From positions 1 to 54,528 of the IMG/VR virus record IMGVR_UViG_3300011441_000013: 54,528 bases of DNA. The stretch is one strand, 5' to 3'. The notes under the pieces are model-generated. The model had not been told where the DNA came from. It saw only the letters and a list, made by a program, of their open reading frames with translations, and did not search any database. Below are positions 25,474-35,227 of the stretch, one piece after another; position 1 is the stretch's first letter; each line of letters begins with the position of its first letter. The DNA comes from a virus. Lineage: Duplodnaviria; Caudoviricetes. Both the position numbers and the translations under genes were made by a program.

Positions 25474-27556
25474 CATCGCCCCAATCAAAGGGCTCATCGA
25501 GCTTCAGGATGACTTCACGGGTCAGCTGGGCATTGCTGAAGCTGCGCTTGGTAACTTTACACGAAACAATCAAGAGAGCTTGAAGGCAGTTGCTGGAGCT
25601 GCAGGGCTCGTCGTTGCTGCACTCGGCGCGGTTACCATTGCCGTCATTGCATTGGGCAACCGCGGTTCTGATGTCAATGATGTCAGAGCGACGCTTGAAC
25701 ATTTCGTTGGCACTGCTGAAAAAGCAGAAGCCACGATGGAAGCGTTGCGACAGGGCACCAAGAATACCGTTGACAATTTCACGCTCGCCAAAGAGGCTGC
25801 TCATCTTCTGAGCGCGGGCGTCAAGCTCACGACGGAAGAGTTTGGCACATTGGGCCAAGCGGCCTTTGTTCTACAGAATCGCGGCCTTGGACCGACGAAG
25901 GAACAACTCGGACTGATCTCGGATGCCCTCGTCACTGGGCGCACGCGTGCTTTGGCGATGTCGCTTGGCGTCATCGACAATACCAACGCGATGGAAGATT
26001 ACGCCAAGAGCATCGGCGTAACTGTAGACCAACTCTCTGATGCAGGCAAGGCTGAAGCTAAACGCATCGAAGTGATGCGGCTATTGAAGGTCGCAGTCAA
26101 GGATGCTGGTGAACAGGCGCGGGACTTTGGTGAGCAATTTGAGGCAGCACAAGCTGCGATCACCAACTGGGTTGATGATCTTGGCGGTGCGATCGCGGAG
26201 TCAAAGGTATTCAGTGCCGCCTTCAAGAGCGTCGAAGAGGCGCTCAAGGATGCGTTCGGCGACGGCGGTCAAGAAGCGATTCAACAGATCGTTCACGCCA
26301 TCGAGCAGGGTGCAATCGCCGTGCTGGGGTTCGCCAGCGACATGCTCGTCTTGGCCAAGATCGCTGACAACGTTTGGAACGGCATCAGGACAGTCGTTCT
26401 TGCCGTCGAGACCGTCATCGTTGGCACTGCCACTGCAGTCGCAGAACTCGGCAACACGTGGGTCCGCGTTGGATATGCAGTTGGTCTCGTCAGCGATCAG
26501 ACCGCTGCATCGATGCAGGACACGACGACAGCGCTGGAAGAGATCACCAAGGGTCTGGCGATTCAAACCGCAGAGGCGGCGAAGGCGACTGTTGCAACTT
26601 CTGAGTTTGACAATAACATTGACAAGCTACGATCGACACTTGACAAGACTCAACAGTCGATGATCGCTGCTTCCAATGCTACGATGGACACAGGAAAGAC
26701 GAACGAGGTCCAGGTCAAGGGGCTCGAGAAGCTCGCTGCGACGCAAGAGCAGGTCAATCAGAAGATGGTGAATGCGACCAAGGTGCAACAAGCCTTGGAA
26801 AAGAGCACGAAGGAGTTGAATGAGAACAGCGGTCTGACATTCAGTCGTGAAGCATTGAAAGAACAACTGGACAAGTATCGCGAACTGCAGGGTGAGGTCA
26901 GAAATTATGGTAGGTCTGTTTCTGACGCCGTCATGGATGCTGCCAGCTCGATCCAGATTCTGGACAAGTCTTGGGTGACCGACGCCGACATCGCGGAGGC
27001 GACGATCAACAAGACGACGGTCATGGTGCGAACACTCTCAGGTGAGCTGATCACCTTGATGGAAGCACAACGACGTCAACAGCAGGGGTTTTCTTACCAG
27101 GTGGAACCCATCGATCAGTTCACGATCGACAAGACGCCAGGTGGTGCTGATGCGCTGCTCAAGGAGCTGTTGTATCTCAGTCAGAACATTGAGACGATGC
27201 GGATGACCATCAAAGATCAACGAGATCAGAACAACTACTTTCACGCCCTGGCCCGCTACAACGTCTTGCGGGATGCCTACAATCTTTTGATCTCCCAGTC
27301 GAAGAAGAAGCCTGCCTCGTTCGAAGAGGGCGGCACGGTCATGGTCGGTGAGCGCGGGCCTGAGATCGTCAGGCTCCCCATCGGCGCGACCGTCTACCCC
27401 ACTGGTATGATGCCGATCCCCCAGGATGGCATGGCGGGCGACGTCGTGTTCTACAACACTTGGCAGGTCAATGGAACTGGTGCTGATGTGGCTCGCGACG
27501 CGAGCAGAATCATCATGCGTCAGCTGAAGAATGCACGTCAATTTGGTTCGGCTTAA
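25466..27556 (+). CDS. Tape measure protein
   Basis: Ala-rich helical 696 aa after the chaperones; C-terminal F..GG...VGERGPE. Confidence 0.88.
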   Translation: MADIAPIKGLIELQDDFTGQLGIAEAALGNFTRNNQESLKAVAGAAGLVVAALGAVTIAVIALGNRGSDVNDVRATLEHFVGTAEKAEATMEALRQGTKNTVDNFTLAKEAAHLLSAGVKLTTEEFGTLGQAAFVLQNRGLGPTKEQLGLISDALVTGRTRALAMSLGVIDNTNAMEDYAKSIGVTVDQLSDAGKAEAKRIEVMRLLKVAVKDAGEQARDFGEQFEAAQAAITNWVDDLGGAIAESKVFSAAFKSVEEALKDAFGDGGQEAIQQIVHAIEQGAIAVLGFASDMLVLAKIADNVWNGIRTVVLAVETVIVGTATAVAELGNTWVRVGYAVGLVSDQTAASMQDTTTALEEITKGLAIQTAEAAKATVATSEFDNNIDKLRSTLDKTQQSMIAASNATMDTGKTNEVQVKGLEKLAATQEQVNQKMVNATKVQQALEKSTKELNENSGLTFSREALKEQLDKYRELQGEVRNYGRSVSDAVMDAASSIQILDKSWVTDADIAEATINKTTVMVRTLSGELITLMEAQRRQQQGFSYQVEPIDQFTIDKTPGGADALLKELLYLSQNIETMRMTIKDQRDQNNYFHALARYNVLRDAYNLLISQSKKKPASFEEGGTVMVGERGPEIVRLPIGATVYPTGMMPIPQDGMAGDVVFYNTWQVNGTGADVARDASRIIMRQLKNARQFGSA

Positions 27557-27568
27557 GGAGCAGTCCAC

Positions 27569-28126
27569 ATGTCCGCACAAGGTTGGAACGAAACACTCAT
27601 CACGGCAACGACAGATGGCGCAACGCTGACAGCCGCGGCTGCGGCCACAGCACTGCCAGCTCAGGCGAGGGTCACGCTGAAGCCGAACTTTTTCTACTAC
27701 ATCGGCCAACAGATGATCGTCAAGGCCGCTGGACGAATCTCATCGGTCATCACGACGCCAGGCACCGCACGATTTGACATCCGCTTCGGTGCCTCCATCG
27801 TGTTTGACGGACTGGCGGTTCTGTTGGACACGGTGGCGGGCCATACGACGGAACACTGGCATCTTGAGATCTTGATGACGTGCCGTGCGATTGGTGCGAC
27901 GGCGAATCTGTTCGGACAGGGTCGATGGGAGTGCCAAGACATCCTTGGCACGCCTGCTGGCACGCCGCGTGGCGGCATCGTGGCGATGCTTCCATGGAAC
28001 ACAGCGCCAGCGGTTGGTGCGAACTTCGACTCTACCGTCTCGCAACAGGTTGACATGTTCTTCACGCAGACCGTCGCGACTGGCAGCATGACGGTTCATC
28101 AGTTCTCAGTTCAGGCGATGAATTAG
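27569..28126 (+). CDS. Tail-region structural protein, paralog of 13868..14419
   Basis: AAGGAG RBS; shared motifs with 13868..14419. Confidence 0.75.
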   Translation: MSAQGWNETLITATTDGATLTAAAAATALPAQARVTLKPNFFYYIGQQMIVKAAGRISSVITTPGTARFDIRFGASIVFDGLAVLLDTVAGHTTEHWHLEILMTCRAIGATANLFGQGRWECQDILGTPAGTPRGGIVAMLPWNTAPAVGANFDSTVSQQVDMFFTQTVATGSMTVHQFSVQAMN

Positions 28127-28130
28127 ATCG

Positions 28131-31100
28131 ATGCCGCTCTTCGGACCTGGATTCCCAGATCGCGGTCCTGGACGCTCAGACCAATGGCCTGAGACTGGGC
28201 CAAAGATCCACAATCTCACCCCCAACTCCGATCGAGTTGCTGGCGGAGCCACCGTCACGATCACTGGGGTGAGATTCACATCAGATCCTTCGGGATTGAC
28301 GCCTCTCGGTGGAAGCACTTGGATCCGAGTCTTTTTTGGTTCTGTCGAAGCAGCACCATCCTCAGTCATCTTCAATGGTTCATTTGACTTTTCAGTCGTT
28401 GTTCCTCCTGCGGCTGGTCTTGAACCTGGCACTTTCGATGTGCGGGTCATCTTCGGCACCCAAGAAGATACGCTCGTCGATGCCTTTACTTATTACACGA
28501 GTGAGATCACACGGATTGTCCCTCAGTTTGGTCCTCTCGCTGGTGGCACCCCAGTCGTCATCGAAGGGTTCAACTTCATCACAGGATCTACAATCACGTT
28601 TGGTGGTTCTCCTGCAACGAGTGTCGTGTTCATTGACTCTGAACACATTGCTTGTGTAACGCCGAGTCATGCCATAGGCTTCGTCGACGTAGTAGTCACT
28701 GAACCGAGCGCGGCGACATCGACACTTCGCAACGGGTTCAAATACAATCTGCTCATTCGCGGAGAGGACTTTCGTCGACTGCCTGGCGTCACCATCAAAG
28801 ACGTTCTCAACAACACACCGAACTCGATGTCGTTTTCTATCGACGGCAACAGTCAAGAACCGGTGTCTGGTGAGCTCATCGAGATGATTGATGTTCACGA
28901 TGGCAATCGGTTGTTGTTCAGAGGGACGATTCAGACGATCGACCAAGAGTATGAAGGGCTGACGGATCAACTCGTCTGGCGTTGCACCGCTGTCGATGCC
29001 ATCTGGTTGCTCAATCGACGTCGTCCAGTTGGAAAATATACGAACGTCTCAGCATCGAGCATCGTCATCGATCTGATCAACAAGTTCTCGCAGGGCTTCA
29101 CCGTCAATCACGTTCAGACGTTGTTGGCACCGATCAGCGTAGAGCTGGACGGCACTCAAGACTTCAGTTCTGCCTTGAACTTGATCGCTTCCGGCATCGG
29201 CAGCGGTCATTGGTATGTTGACTACGACAACGACCTGCATTTCTTTCATGTGCCGCCGCCTGACATCAATCCAGTCGTGCCAACGACATCGGGTCCGGGC
29301 ACTCCGATCACGTTGACGGAGGATGGCGCCATCGGCGGAATGGCGAGCTTCGCCACAGGTTACTACTATGTCCGTTCGACGTTCCTTTATTCGAACGGCG
29401 TAGAGTCAAGACTTGGGCCGGTCTCTGCCATCGTCGCGATGAACGGCTTGAACTTCATGCAGATGGATGTCATTCCTCTTGGATCAGATCCAGGTGGCGG
29501 CATCACTTGCACAGGTCGGCGTATTTATTTCGGTCGTGGCACTTTTCCGATGCTTCGCGGCTGGAAGATCAACGATAATACGACGACAAGCATCACCGTC
29601 TATCCTGGCTTCCCTGTTCCAGCAGTGCCGCCGATCACATATGAAGGCAGTCAAGGCGCGATCATCTCATTGCCTGACGTTCCGCCGACGCCTGGTGCTA
29701 TTGCAGCGCCGACGGTTGGCATCGTCATTTACGACGGACCACTTCTCAGCGGGACGAATCCACCGCCGCCTGGAGCTCAGACAGGATCTGATGGCAACTG
29801 GGTGTTTCAAGCCGCTGCAGTCTATCAGGACGGTAATGAGTCACTGCCGTCACCGTTCTCGAACTCTGTTCGACTTGGTTCAACGCCGCTGTCTGGTGGT
29901 CCTGGCATCTCACTGACGCTCAACTTTCCAACGTTCTTGACACTGCCGACGTTTCCGGTGATCAATGGAGTGTCGCCAGCGTTCTATAAGATCTACGCTA
30001 AGAAGCTGCCGTCAACTGGTGGCATTCAGGTTGGAGATCCTGCTGAGTTCATTCCACACTTCTGGTGTAACATGCCTTACGGTACGACTGGCGAACCAGA
30101 AGTTACGGAGATCGATTATGGCGACAGGCCACGCTTTACCGGTGACACGCCGAGCCTGGTTTGGCCGAATCCTGACGGTCCGTATCTTGAGGATGCCGAT
30201 CCGCCTGGGGATCTGACAGACACGAATCCGGACCTGCTCCGCAATCCACAGCTTGCGGTGAGCATCGATCGATCGCAACAGCGCAATCGTGTGACGGTGC
30301 TTGGCGCTGGCACTGTGACGACAGCTGACGCTGTGACTGGTGAGAGCCAACTATCCGTCGCAGATGTGTCAATTTTTACTGAGGCTGGTGGAGAGATCAT
30401 CGTCAACGGCAACGTGCTTGTCTACTTTGCGCCTGGCACTGGTCAGGCTGGACCCGGAGACATCTTCCTCACTCAGGTGATCAATGAACCGATTGCAGCA
30501 GGATCTGCCATTCGGTTCTATCTGCAGGTTGATGACTTGGCATCGCAGGCTGCGATCGGTGCCATTGAGCTCGACTCCAATGGCAATCCAACCGATGGTG
30601 TTCACGAGACGATCATCTCAGATTCATCATTGATTCTTCCGCAGCAGCTCTACATGAGGGCAAATGCGGAGCTTGAGTTGTTCTCTCGACCAATCGTGAC
30701 GATTCGCTATGCGACGAGAGATCCTAAGACGAAGTCTGGTCAGCGTGTCACGGCGAACATGACCGACCCGCCGTGCATCGGCGACTTCTTGATTCAGGAC
30801 GTTACAATTGATCAGATCCACGATGAGTCGGATCAATTGCGACCGCGCTACACGGTCGTTGCTTCTTCCGTCAAGTTTGAGCTGAATGATTTGCTCATGC
30901 AGATCGTCGAAGGCACGCTTGGCGGTGGAGGCGCATCTGTCTCGACCGGCATGGTTGGGATCGGCGGCATCGGCGGGACTGGTGGCGGCGCTGTGTTCAC
31001 TGGCAGCGATCATCCGCAAGGCATCATCGAGGCACCAGTTGGTTCTACGTTCATTCGTTCGAATGGATACCGATACTACAAGCAGGGCGGCGGAACGACC

Positions 31101-31838
31101 CGCTTCGGCTGGTATCCAGACATGGACTACATCAAAGGGCTCGGACTCGGACCGAGCATCCATGGCTTCGTCAACTCGGAAGTTGTCAGCATCACGACGA
31201 CCGGTGGAGCGATCGGCACGACGGCATGGGCGAACACCAACCCCGGCACGCCTGTCTATGTCGATGTGAATGGAAGGGTCTATCGTCGATTCAACACGAA
31301 CACGACGATCAACACGAATTCATTTATCAACCCTGGTTCAGCTTGGGCCTTCGATCTTTGGGATGCTGACTTCGACATCGTTGGGCGCATCGCTGTGGCA
31401 GACGTTTCGAGCATTCGAATCTTCTTGGCCATCAGTACGGCGGCTATCACCGCACAACCAAACATCGTCACGAATGCGACTCCCTCTTGGCATACCGCGA
31501 TCGGCTACCGCTCTGATCAAGGTGAAGGCAGTTGGATTGGCATGACGAAGAATGATGCCAACAACCTCAGCTCGACGTCAGGATTGGCCACGGCAGTTGG
31601 CGGCGGAACGACGAACCCAACTGAGGTGACGCTCCGCATTCGTTGGCGCATCGAGCGTCCAGGCATCTCACAGCGGACGGCTTACTTCAGCGTGAATGAT
31701 GGCGAGGAGATTGCACAGACGACCAACGTGCCGACGACGAATCCCTCGAATCCAACGATCTACTTTGGCGGCACGAACTTGATCGGTGCCGATCGGACCT
31801 TTCATCACCGCGCCATCTTGATGGCCCTTGGAGATTGA
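28131..31838 (+). CDS. Large tail tip/host-recognition protein with IPT/TIG and FN3-like domains
   Basis: P..G...GG..V.I.G.NF IPT repeats; WYVDYDNDLHFF hub motif; YY......NGVES..G / YQDGNES.PS; lectin-like C-terminus. Confidence 0.8.
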   Translation: MPLFGPGFPDRGPGRSDQWPETGPKIHNLTPNSDRVAGGATVTITGVRFTSDPSGLTPLGGSTWIRVFFGSVEAAPSSVIFNGSFDFSVVVPPAAGLEPGTFDVRVIFGTQEDTLVDAFTYYTSEITRIVPQFGPLAGGTPVVIEGFNFITGSTITFGGSPATSVVFIDSEHIACVTPSHAIGFVDVVVTEPSAATSTLRNGFKYNLLIRGEDFRRLPGVTIKDVLNNTPNSMSFSIDGNSQEPVSGELIEMIDVHDGNRLLFRGTIQTIDQEYEGLTDQLVWRCTAVDAIWLLNRRRPVGKYTNVSASSIVIDLINKFSQGFTVNHVQTLLAPISVELDGTQDFSSALNLIASGIGSGHWYVDYDNDLHFFHVPPPDINPVVPTTSGPGTPITLTEDGAIGGMASFATGYYYVRSTFLYSNGVESRLGPVSAIVAMNGLNFMQMDVIPLGSDPGGGITCTGRRIYFGRGTFPMLRGWKINDNTTTSITVYPGFPVPAVPPITYEGSQGAIISLPDVPPTPGAIAAPTVGIVIYDGPLLSGTNPPPPGAQTGSDGNWVFQAAAVYQDGNESLPSPFSNSVRLGSTPLSGGPGISLTLNFPTFLTLPTFPVINGVSPAFYKIYAKKLPSTGGIQVGDPAEFIPHFWCNMPYGTTGEPEVTEIDYGDRPRFTGDTPSLVWPNPDGPYLEDADPPGDLTDTNPDLLRNPQLAVSIDRSQQRNRVTVLGAGTVTTADAVTGESQLSVADVSIFTEAGGEIIVNGNVLVYFAPGTGQAGPGDIFLTQVINEPIAAGSAIRFYLQVDDLASQAAIGAIELDSNGNPTDGVHETIISDSSLILPQQLYMRANAELELFSRPIVTIRYATRDPKTKSGQRVTANMTDPPCIGDFLIQDVTIDQIHDESDQLRPRYTVVASSVKFELNDLLMQIVEGTLGGGGASVSTGMVGIGGIGGTGGGAVFTGSDHPQGIIEAPVGSTFIRSNGYRYYKQGGGTTRFGWYPDMDYIKGLGLGPSIHGFVNSEVVSITTTGGAIGTTAWANTNPGTPVYVDVNGRVYRRFNTNTTINTNSFINPGSAWAFDLWDADFDIVGRIAVADVSSIRIFLAISTAAITAQPNIVTNATPSWHTAIGYRSDQGEGSWIGMTKNDANNLSSTSGLATAVGGGTTNPTEVTLRIRWRIERPGISQRTAYFSVNDGEEIAQTTNVPTTNPSNPTIYFGGTNLIGADRTFHHRAILMALGD

Positions 31839-31841
31839 TTC

Positions 31842-32288
31842 ATGATTCACTGGTGGCGCATCGTTCGTGAGCCTTCCGTTGCATTGACGACGATGGGCTC
31901 TTTCTACATCGACGGAGCATGGTTCTGTTGGACCGTCGAGGATCAGATCCGCGAAGTTCCAGGACAACCTGTCGTCAGCTGGAAAGTTCAGAAGGAGACG
32001 GCGATCCCAGCCAGTCGTTACCCCGTGAAGCTGACGATGTCGGGACGCTTCGGGCGTCTGACGCCGGAGATTCTGAACGTGCCTGGCTTCTCTGGCATTC
32101 GGATTCATCGCGGCAACTTCAACACCGACACCGAAGGCTGTCCGATCGTCGGCTTCGGCCGCGGAAAGAACATGATCGCTGGCGGCACTTCTAAGCCGTG
32201 TGAAGAAGCTCTTGTTGCTGTGCTGAAGAAAACGGAAGCTGCAGGAGAGGTCACTTGGATCGCGATCGAGAACCCCCCAGCCTTCTAA
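31842..32288 (+). CDS. DUF5675-family putative endolysin
   Basis: TMG...IDG...C.T.ED, ETAIP...Y, GIRIHRGN...DTEGC.IVG; next to holin. Confidence 0.8.
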   Translation: MIHWWRIVREPSVALTTMGSFYIDGAWFCWTVEDQIREVPGQPVVSWKVQKETAIPASRYPVKLTMSGRFGRLTPEILNVPGFSGIRIHRGNFNTDTEGCPIVGFGRGKNMIAGGTSKPCEEALVAVLKKTEAAGEVTWIAIENPPAF

Positions 32289-32298
32289 GGAGTGTGTG

Positions 32299-32655
32299 AT
32301 GGAAGAACTCATCAATCAACTGACGCAAGCACTTGGCGCCATCCTCGCTGCGGCCCTTGTCGCGCTTGTCGTGCAAGGACTCCGCAAGCTTGGCGTTACA
32401 TTGACGACCGACAAGCAACATCTCTTGGAGACGATCGTCAAGCAGGGCGTCAGCTACGCTGAAGAGGAAGCCAAGAACTATCTGACCAAGCAAGGTCAGA
32501 AGATGGAGAGCACGCTCAAGCAGAAGATGGCGATCGACTACGTCATCAGCAAGCTCCCCAAAACAAGCAGAGATGATGTGGCGCAAGTCATTCAGGCGGT
32601 GATGCCGATGGTGCGTCCAACACTCGACCGCGGCACGACAACGACAACCCAGTAG
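32299..32655 (+). CDS. Holin, LL-H-like
   Basis: Single N-terminal TM; V..GV.YAEE...K..MA..YV pattern. Confidence 0.7.
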   Translation: MEELINQLTQALGAILAAALVALVVQGLRKLGVTLTTDKQHLLETIVKQGVSYAEEEAKNYLTKQGQKMESTLKQKMAIDYVISKLPKTSRDDVAQVIQAVMPMVRPTLDRGTTTTTQ

Positions 32656-32682
32656 CCGACAACCAAGAAAAGAGGTAGAGCA

Positions 32683-33018
32683 ATGAAACGTCTCAGCATC
32701 ACATGCATGGTGATCGCAGCCATTCTCATCTTGACGGCCTGCGACAAAGTCAAGTCGCCAGCTGGCCCGTCAGGCACTCCCATCATTACGACGTTCTCAG
32801 CCGACGTGTTGACCATCAAGACTGGCAACACCGTCACGCTCCGATGGGACGTGTCCGGCGAGAATACGCAGGTGCGCATCGACCCGATGGTTGGCAACGT
32901 GCCGAGCACCGGCAGCACCTCGTTGATCCTCACGGCGACGACGGTGTTCACGTTGAACGCCCGAGCGCCTAACGGACTGTCGGCTCAGCGGAGTCTCACG
33001 GTCATCGTCACGCCCTGA
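32683..33018 (+). CDS. Lipoprotein with Ig/PKD-like domain
   Basis: Lipobox LTAC; P.I.TFSA...I..G..VTL.W, TTVFTL.A. Confidence 0.75.
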   Translation: MKRLSITCMVIAAILILTACDKVKSPAGPSGTPIITTFSADVLTIKTGNTVTLRWDVSGENTQVRIDPMVGNVPSTGSTSLILTATTVFTLNARAPNGLSAQRSLTVIVTP

Positions 33019-33033
33019 GCGTGGCACCGAGAC

Positions 33034-33110
33034 GGGGCGGCTTCGGTCGCCCCTAGGGCGGCGGCGAGCGGGGTTTGCTGGGAGCCTTGCTTCGTCGCTG
33101 CCCGCTTTTT
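33034..33110. terminator. Convergent terminators between the two arms
   Basis: GGGGCGGC-TTCG-GTCGCCCC, then a long hairpin 33056-33103 followed by TTTTT. Confidence 0.75.
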
Positions 33111-33336
33111 ACAGGTAGGTTCTTCGATAGGCCGTGCGAAGTTCTTCGAGTGCTTCTTCGAGTGCCGGCTTGTGCTTTTCTTCCGCTTCTTCAAGTTGTC
33201 GCACGGCTCGTTTGATCATCATCAACGCCCATTGTCTGTCCGTAAGTCCTTCGGGTAGCGGATCTTTCCATGTCCAGGAATACTTCTTGGCGGGCGGCTT
33301 TTCTTCGTCGTCGAAGTTGAAGAGATCTTGCTTCAT
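33109..33336 (-). CDS. Hypothetical protein (N-terminal KQDLF)
   Basis: Last ORF of the left arm. Confidence 0.65.
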   Translation of the reverse strand: MKQDLFNFDDEEKPPAKKYSWTWKDPLPEGLTDRQWALMMIKRAVRQLEEAEEKHKPALEEALEELRTAYRRTYL

Positions 33337-33339
33337 CGA

Positions 33340-33501
33340 CTATGACGAAGAGATCTCCAAGTAGACTTCTTCCTCTGGAGCATCGTCGCTCTTGGTGACG
33401 TCATCGAGCATGTTGACGTCGTCAGTGCTGATGTCGTACACATGAACGATGGCGTCTGACGGATACTTCTTCAGCTCTTCGATCAACTCTCTCACGGTCA
33501 T
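33340..33501 (-). CDS. Small acidic protein MTVRELIEELKKYPSDAIV (not in ORF track)
   Basis: Common phage MTVxELIxxL.xxP N-terminus; GGAG RBS. Confidence 0.75.
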   Translation of the reverse strand: MTVRELIEELKKYPSDAIVHVYDISTDDVNMLDDVTKSDDAPEEEVYLEISSS

Positions 33502-33503
33502 CA

Positions 33504-33722
33504 TTATTTCTCTCCGAAGTAACCAAGCGCCTTCGCTTCGGCGAACGTCCGCACTGACGCGGTCTCGATCTCACGCCAGTCCATTTCCCAGTCGTCTGCG
33601 ATCTTCTGTTGATCAATCTCTCTCGCGGCATTGATCGCGACTCGATAGGCGGCAGCGAACAGCGCGAGGTATTCCGCCTCCGTCCACTTCGCTTTACCCT
33701 TGGCGACGTCGATTCGACTCAT
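33504..33722 (-). CDS. Hypothetical protein
   Basis: Tightly packed ORF. Confidence 0.6.
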   Translation of the reverse strand: MSRIDVAKGKAKWTEAEYLALFAAAYRVAINAAREIDQQKIADDWEMDWREIETASVRTFAEAKALGYFGEK

Positions 33723-34117
33723 CTGCCACCATCGATTCGGATACCGGCAGGCTTGGCCCTTGACCGCGGTAGGCTGGTCTTGGCAGCCTGCTCCAGCCTG
33801 CCAGAGACTCGAACGATTGGCGGTCTGGAGTCTAGCCTGGACCCGAATCGAACGCCCCTAGGCAGGTGGTAGACCAGGCAGCCGCAGCCTTCGCGAGCTG
33901 GCGCGGTCATGGTGACGTTGACGTTGATAATCGTCGCTGTGGCTGAAGTTGGCCTAAGCTCTCTGACGTAGAATCGCGGAAGCTCCGCCGGCCTCTTGAG
34001 CACCGGCGTCCACGGCGTAAGCGACGCCTGAAGGATGGCGATTCCCTCGAGCGGCGTCGGCTTCGGCATGGGACAGTTCAGCGTGACGACGAGGCCGATG
34101 ATGGTGGTTATGCACAT
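33719..34117 (-). CDS. Hypothetical protein
   Basis: ATGA-coupled ORF; atypical codons in the 3' half. Confidence 0.45.
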   Translation of the reverse strand: MCITTIIGLVVTLNCPMPKPTPLEGIAILQASLTPWTPVLKRPAELPRFYVRELRPTSATATIINVNVTMTAPAREGCGCLVYHLPRGVRFGSRLDSRPPIVRVSGRLEQAAKTSLPRSRAKPAGIRIDGGR

Positions 34118-34120
34118 GGT

Positions 34121-34258
34121 TTAGAGCTTGTAGAACCCAATGGGTCCTATCCTCTTGATTGTTGGATGTGCGATGTCGAGTACGAACAAACTACGCAGAC
34201 CGTACCAGTCGGAGTGGAAAGGTCCGCGATAGTAGAGAGTCCAGCCATTGATTGTCAC
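34121..34258 (-). CDS. Small hypothetical protein (45 aa)
   Basis: GTGA-coupled; MTINGWTLYYRGPF... Confidence 0.45.
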   Translation of the reverse strand: MTINGWTLYYRGPFHSDWYGLRSLFVLDIAHPTIKRIGPIGFYKL

Positions 34259-34374
34259 CGGATCGCTCCGAGGTAGTCTCTGCCGACCGCTGCGGCCTCT
34301 TCGACGCAGGCTGCCTCGCGAGCCATGCGAAAGATGCGAGCGAGGATGTAAGGGTCGATGATGAGCATGGTCAT
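34255..34374 (-). CDS. Small hypothetical protein (39 aa)
   Basis: AAGGAG RBS; MTMLIIDPYILARIF... Confidence 0.55.
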   Translation of the reverse strand: MTMLIIDPYILARIFRMAREAACVEEAAAVGRDYLGAIR

Positions 34375-34386
34375 GGTGTTTCTCCT

Positions 34387-34596
34387 TTAGTCACGAGGAT
34401 CGAGCGGCCACACGTCCTTGTAGTGGACCGGGACTTCTTCGACGCGGGGATTGTTCCCCACGCGAACTGGAACGATGGCAGTCCGGCCGTCAGCGTCTTG
34501 TTCGATGAAGAACTTGAACGCCTGACCACCGTTCTGCGAGACTCTCTTGCACTTCTCGGAGATCGCGTCCCACTGTGCCTCGGTGATCAGATACAT
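34387..34596 (-). CDS. Hypothetical protein
   Basis: ORF with GGTG RBS. Confidence 0.6.
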   Translation of the reverse strand: MYLITEAQWDAISEKCKRVSQNGGQAFKFFIEQDADGRTAIVPVRVGNNPRVEEVPVHYKDVWPLDPRD

Positions 34597-34685
34597 GAGA
34601 TCACCACCAGCAGCAACATGATGACGCCTCCGCCGATGCCGAACCAGCGGTCTGCATCTTCGCGGCGTTGAGTGATCGTAGTCAT
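34587..34685 (-). CDS. Leaderless 32-aa single-TM peptide
   Basis: MTTITQRREDADRWFGIGGGVIMLLLVVISCI; ATG 6 nt after the -10 box. Confidence 0.55.
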   Translation of the reverse strand: MTTITQRREDADRWFGIGGGVIMLLLVVISCI

Positions 34686-34691
34686 GCTCTT

Positions 34692-34721
34692 ATCATACGC
34701 TAGATTCGTGCCAGCTGTAAA
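34692..34721 (-). promoter_or_regulatory. Sigma70-type promoter P4
   Basis: TTTACA-18 nt-TATGAT. Confidence 0.6.
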
Positions 34722-34733
34722 GCACCGAATTGT

Positions 34734-34976
34734 TTAGGTGTTTGAGCTGCTTTCGTCCACAGAGCCTACGCTTTTGAGCTGCTCGGTTACGCTTTCGGCG
34801 GGTGGTTCTATCGTGGAAAGCGACACCCAAACGACGACCTCGACGAACGCGCCATCATGCATTGGATTCACGGTGCCGTATGGATGCTCAGCAACGCCAA
34901 CCATCTTCGCTGCTGCCGTGCGGTAGAGCGCCGCGCGTCGCTTTGCCACCTGTCGAGCGTCGTAGACTTCGCTCAT
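34734..34976 (-). CDS. Hypothetical protein
   Basis: ATGA-coupled; DGAFVEVVVWV. Confidence 0.6.
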   Translation of the reverse strand: MSEVYDARQVAKRRAALYRTAAAKMVGVAEHPYGTVNPMHDGAFVEVVVWVSLSTIEPPAESVTEQLKSVGSVDESSSNT

Positions 34977-35227
34977 AGGGCCGTCTCCACGTTCTTCAGC
35001 GTAAAGCCGATCTTGTCGAGTGCTTCGACGAACTGTTGCAGCGTCACCTTCTCGTCATCGACGTAGCAGCGAAGAAGTCCAGGCACGAAGTGCGGCAGGC
35101 ACTTCGGCTTGACGGAGAGGGTGCTGCCATCTTCCCACTCCCAGACTGTGCGATCGAACGGCGTCTGTTCCCATGGGTAGTCAGCAGATCCGATGGGCTC
35201 GTAGTGACGCTTGACCTTGAGGTTCAT
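34973..35227 (-). CDS. Hypothetical protein
   Basis: ATGA-coupled. Confidence 0.6.
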   Translation of the reverse strand: MNLKVKRHYEPIGSADYPWEQTPFDRTVWEWEDGSTLSVKPKCLPHFVPGLLRCYVDDEKVTLQQFVEALDKIGFTLKNVETAL

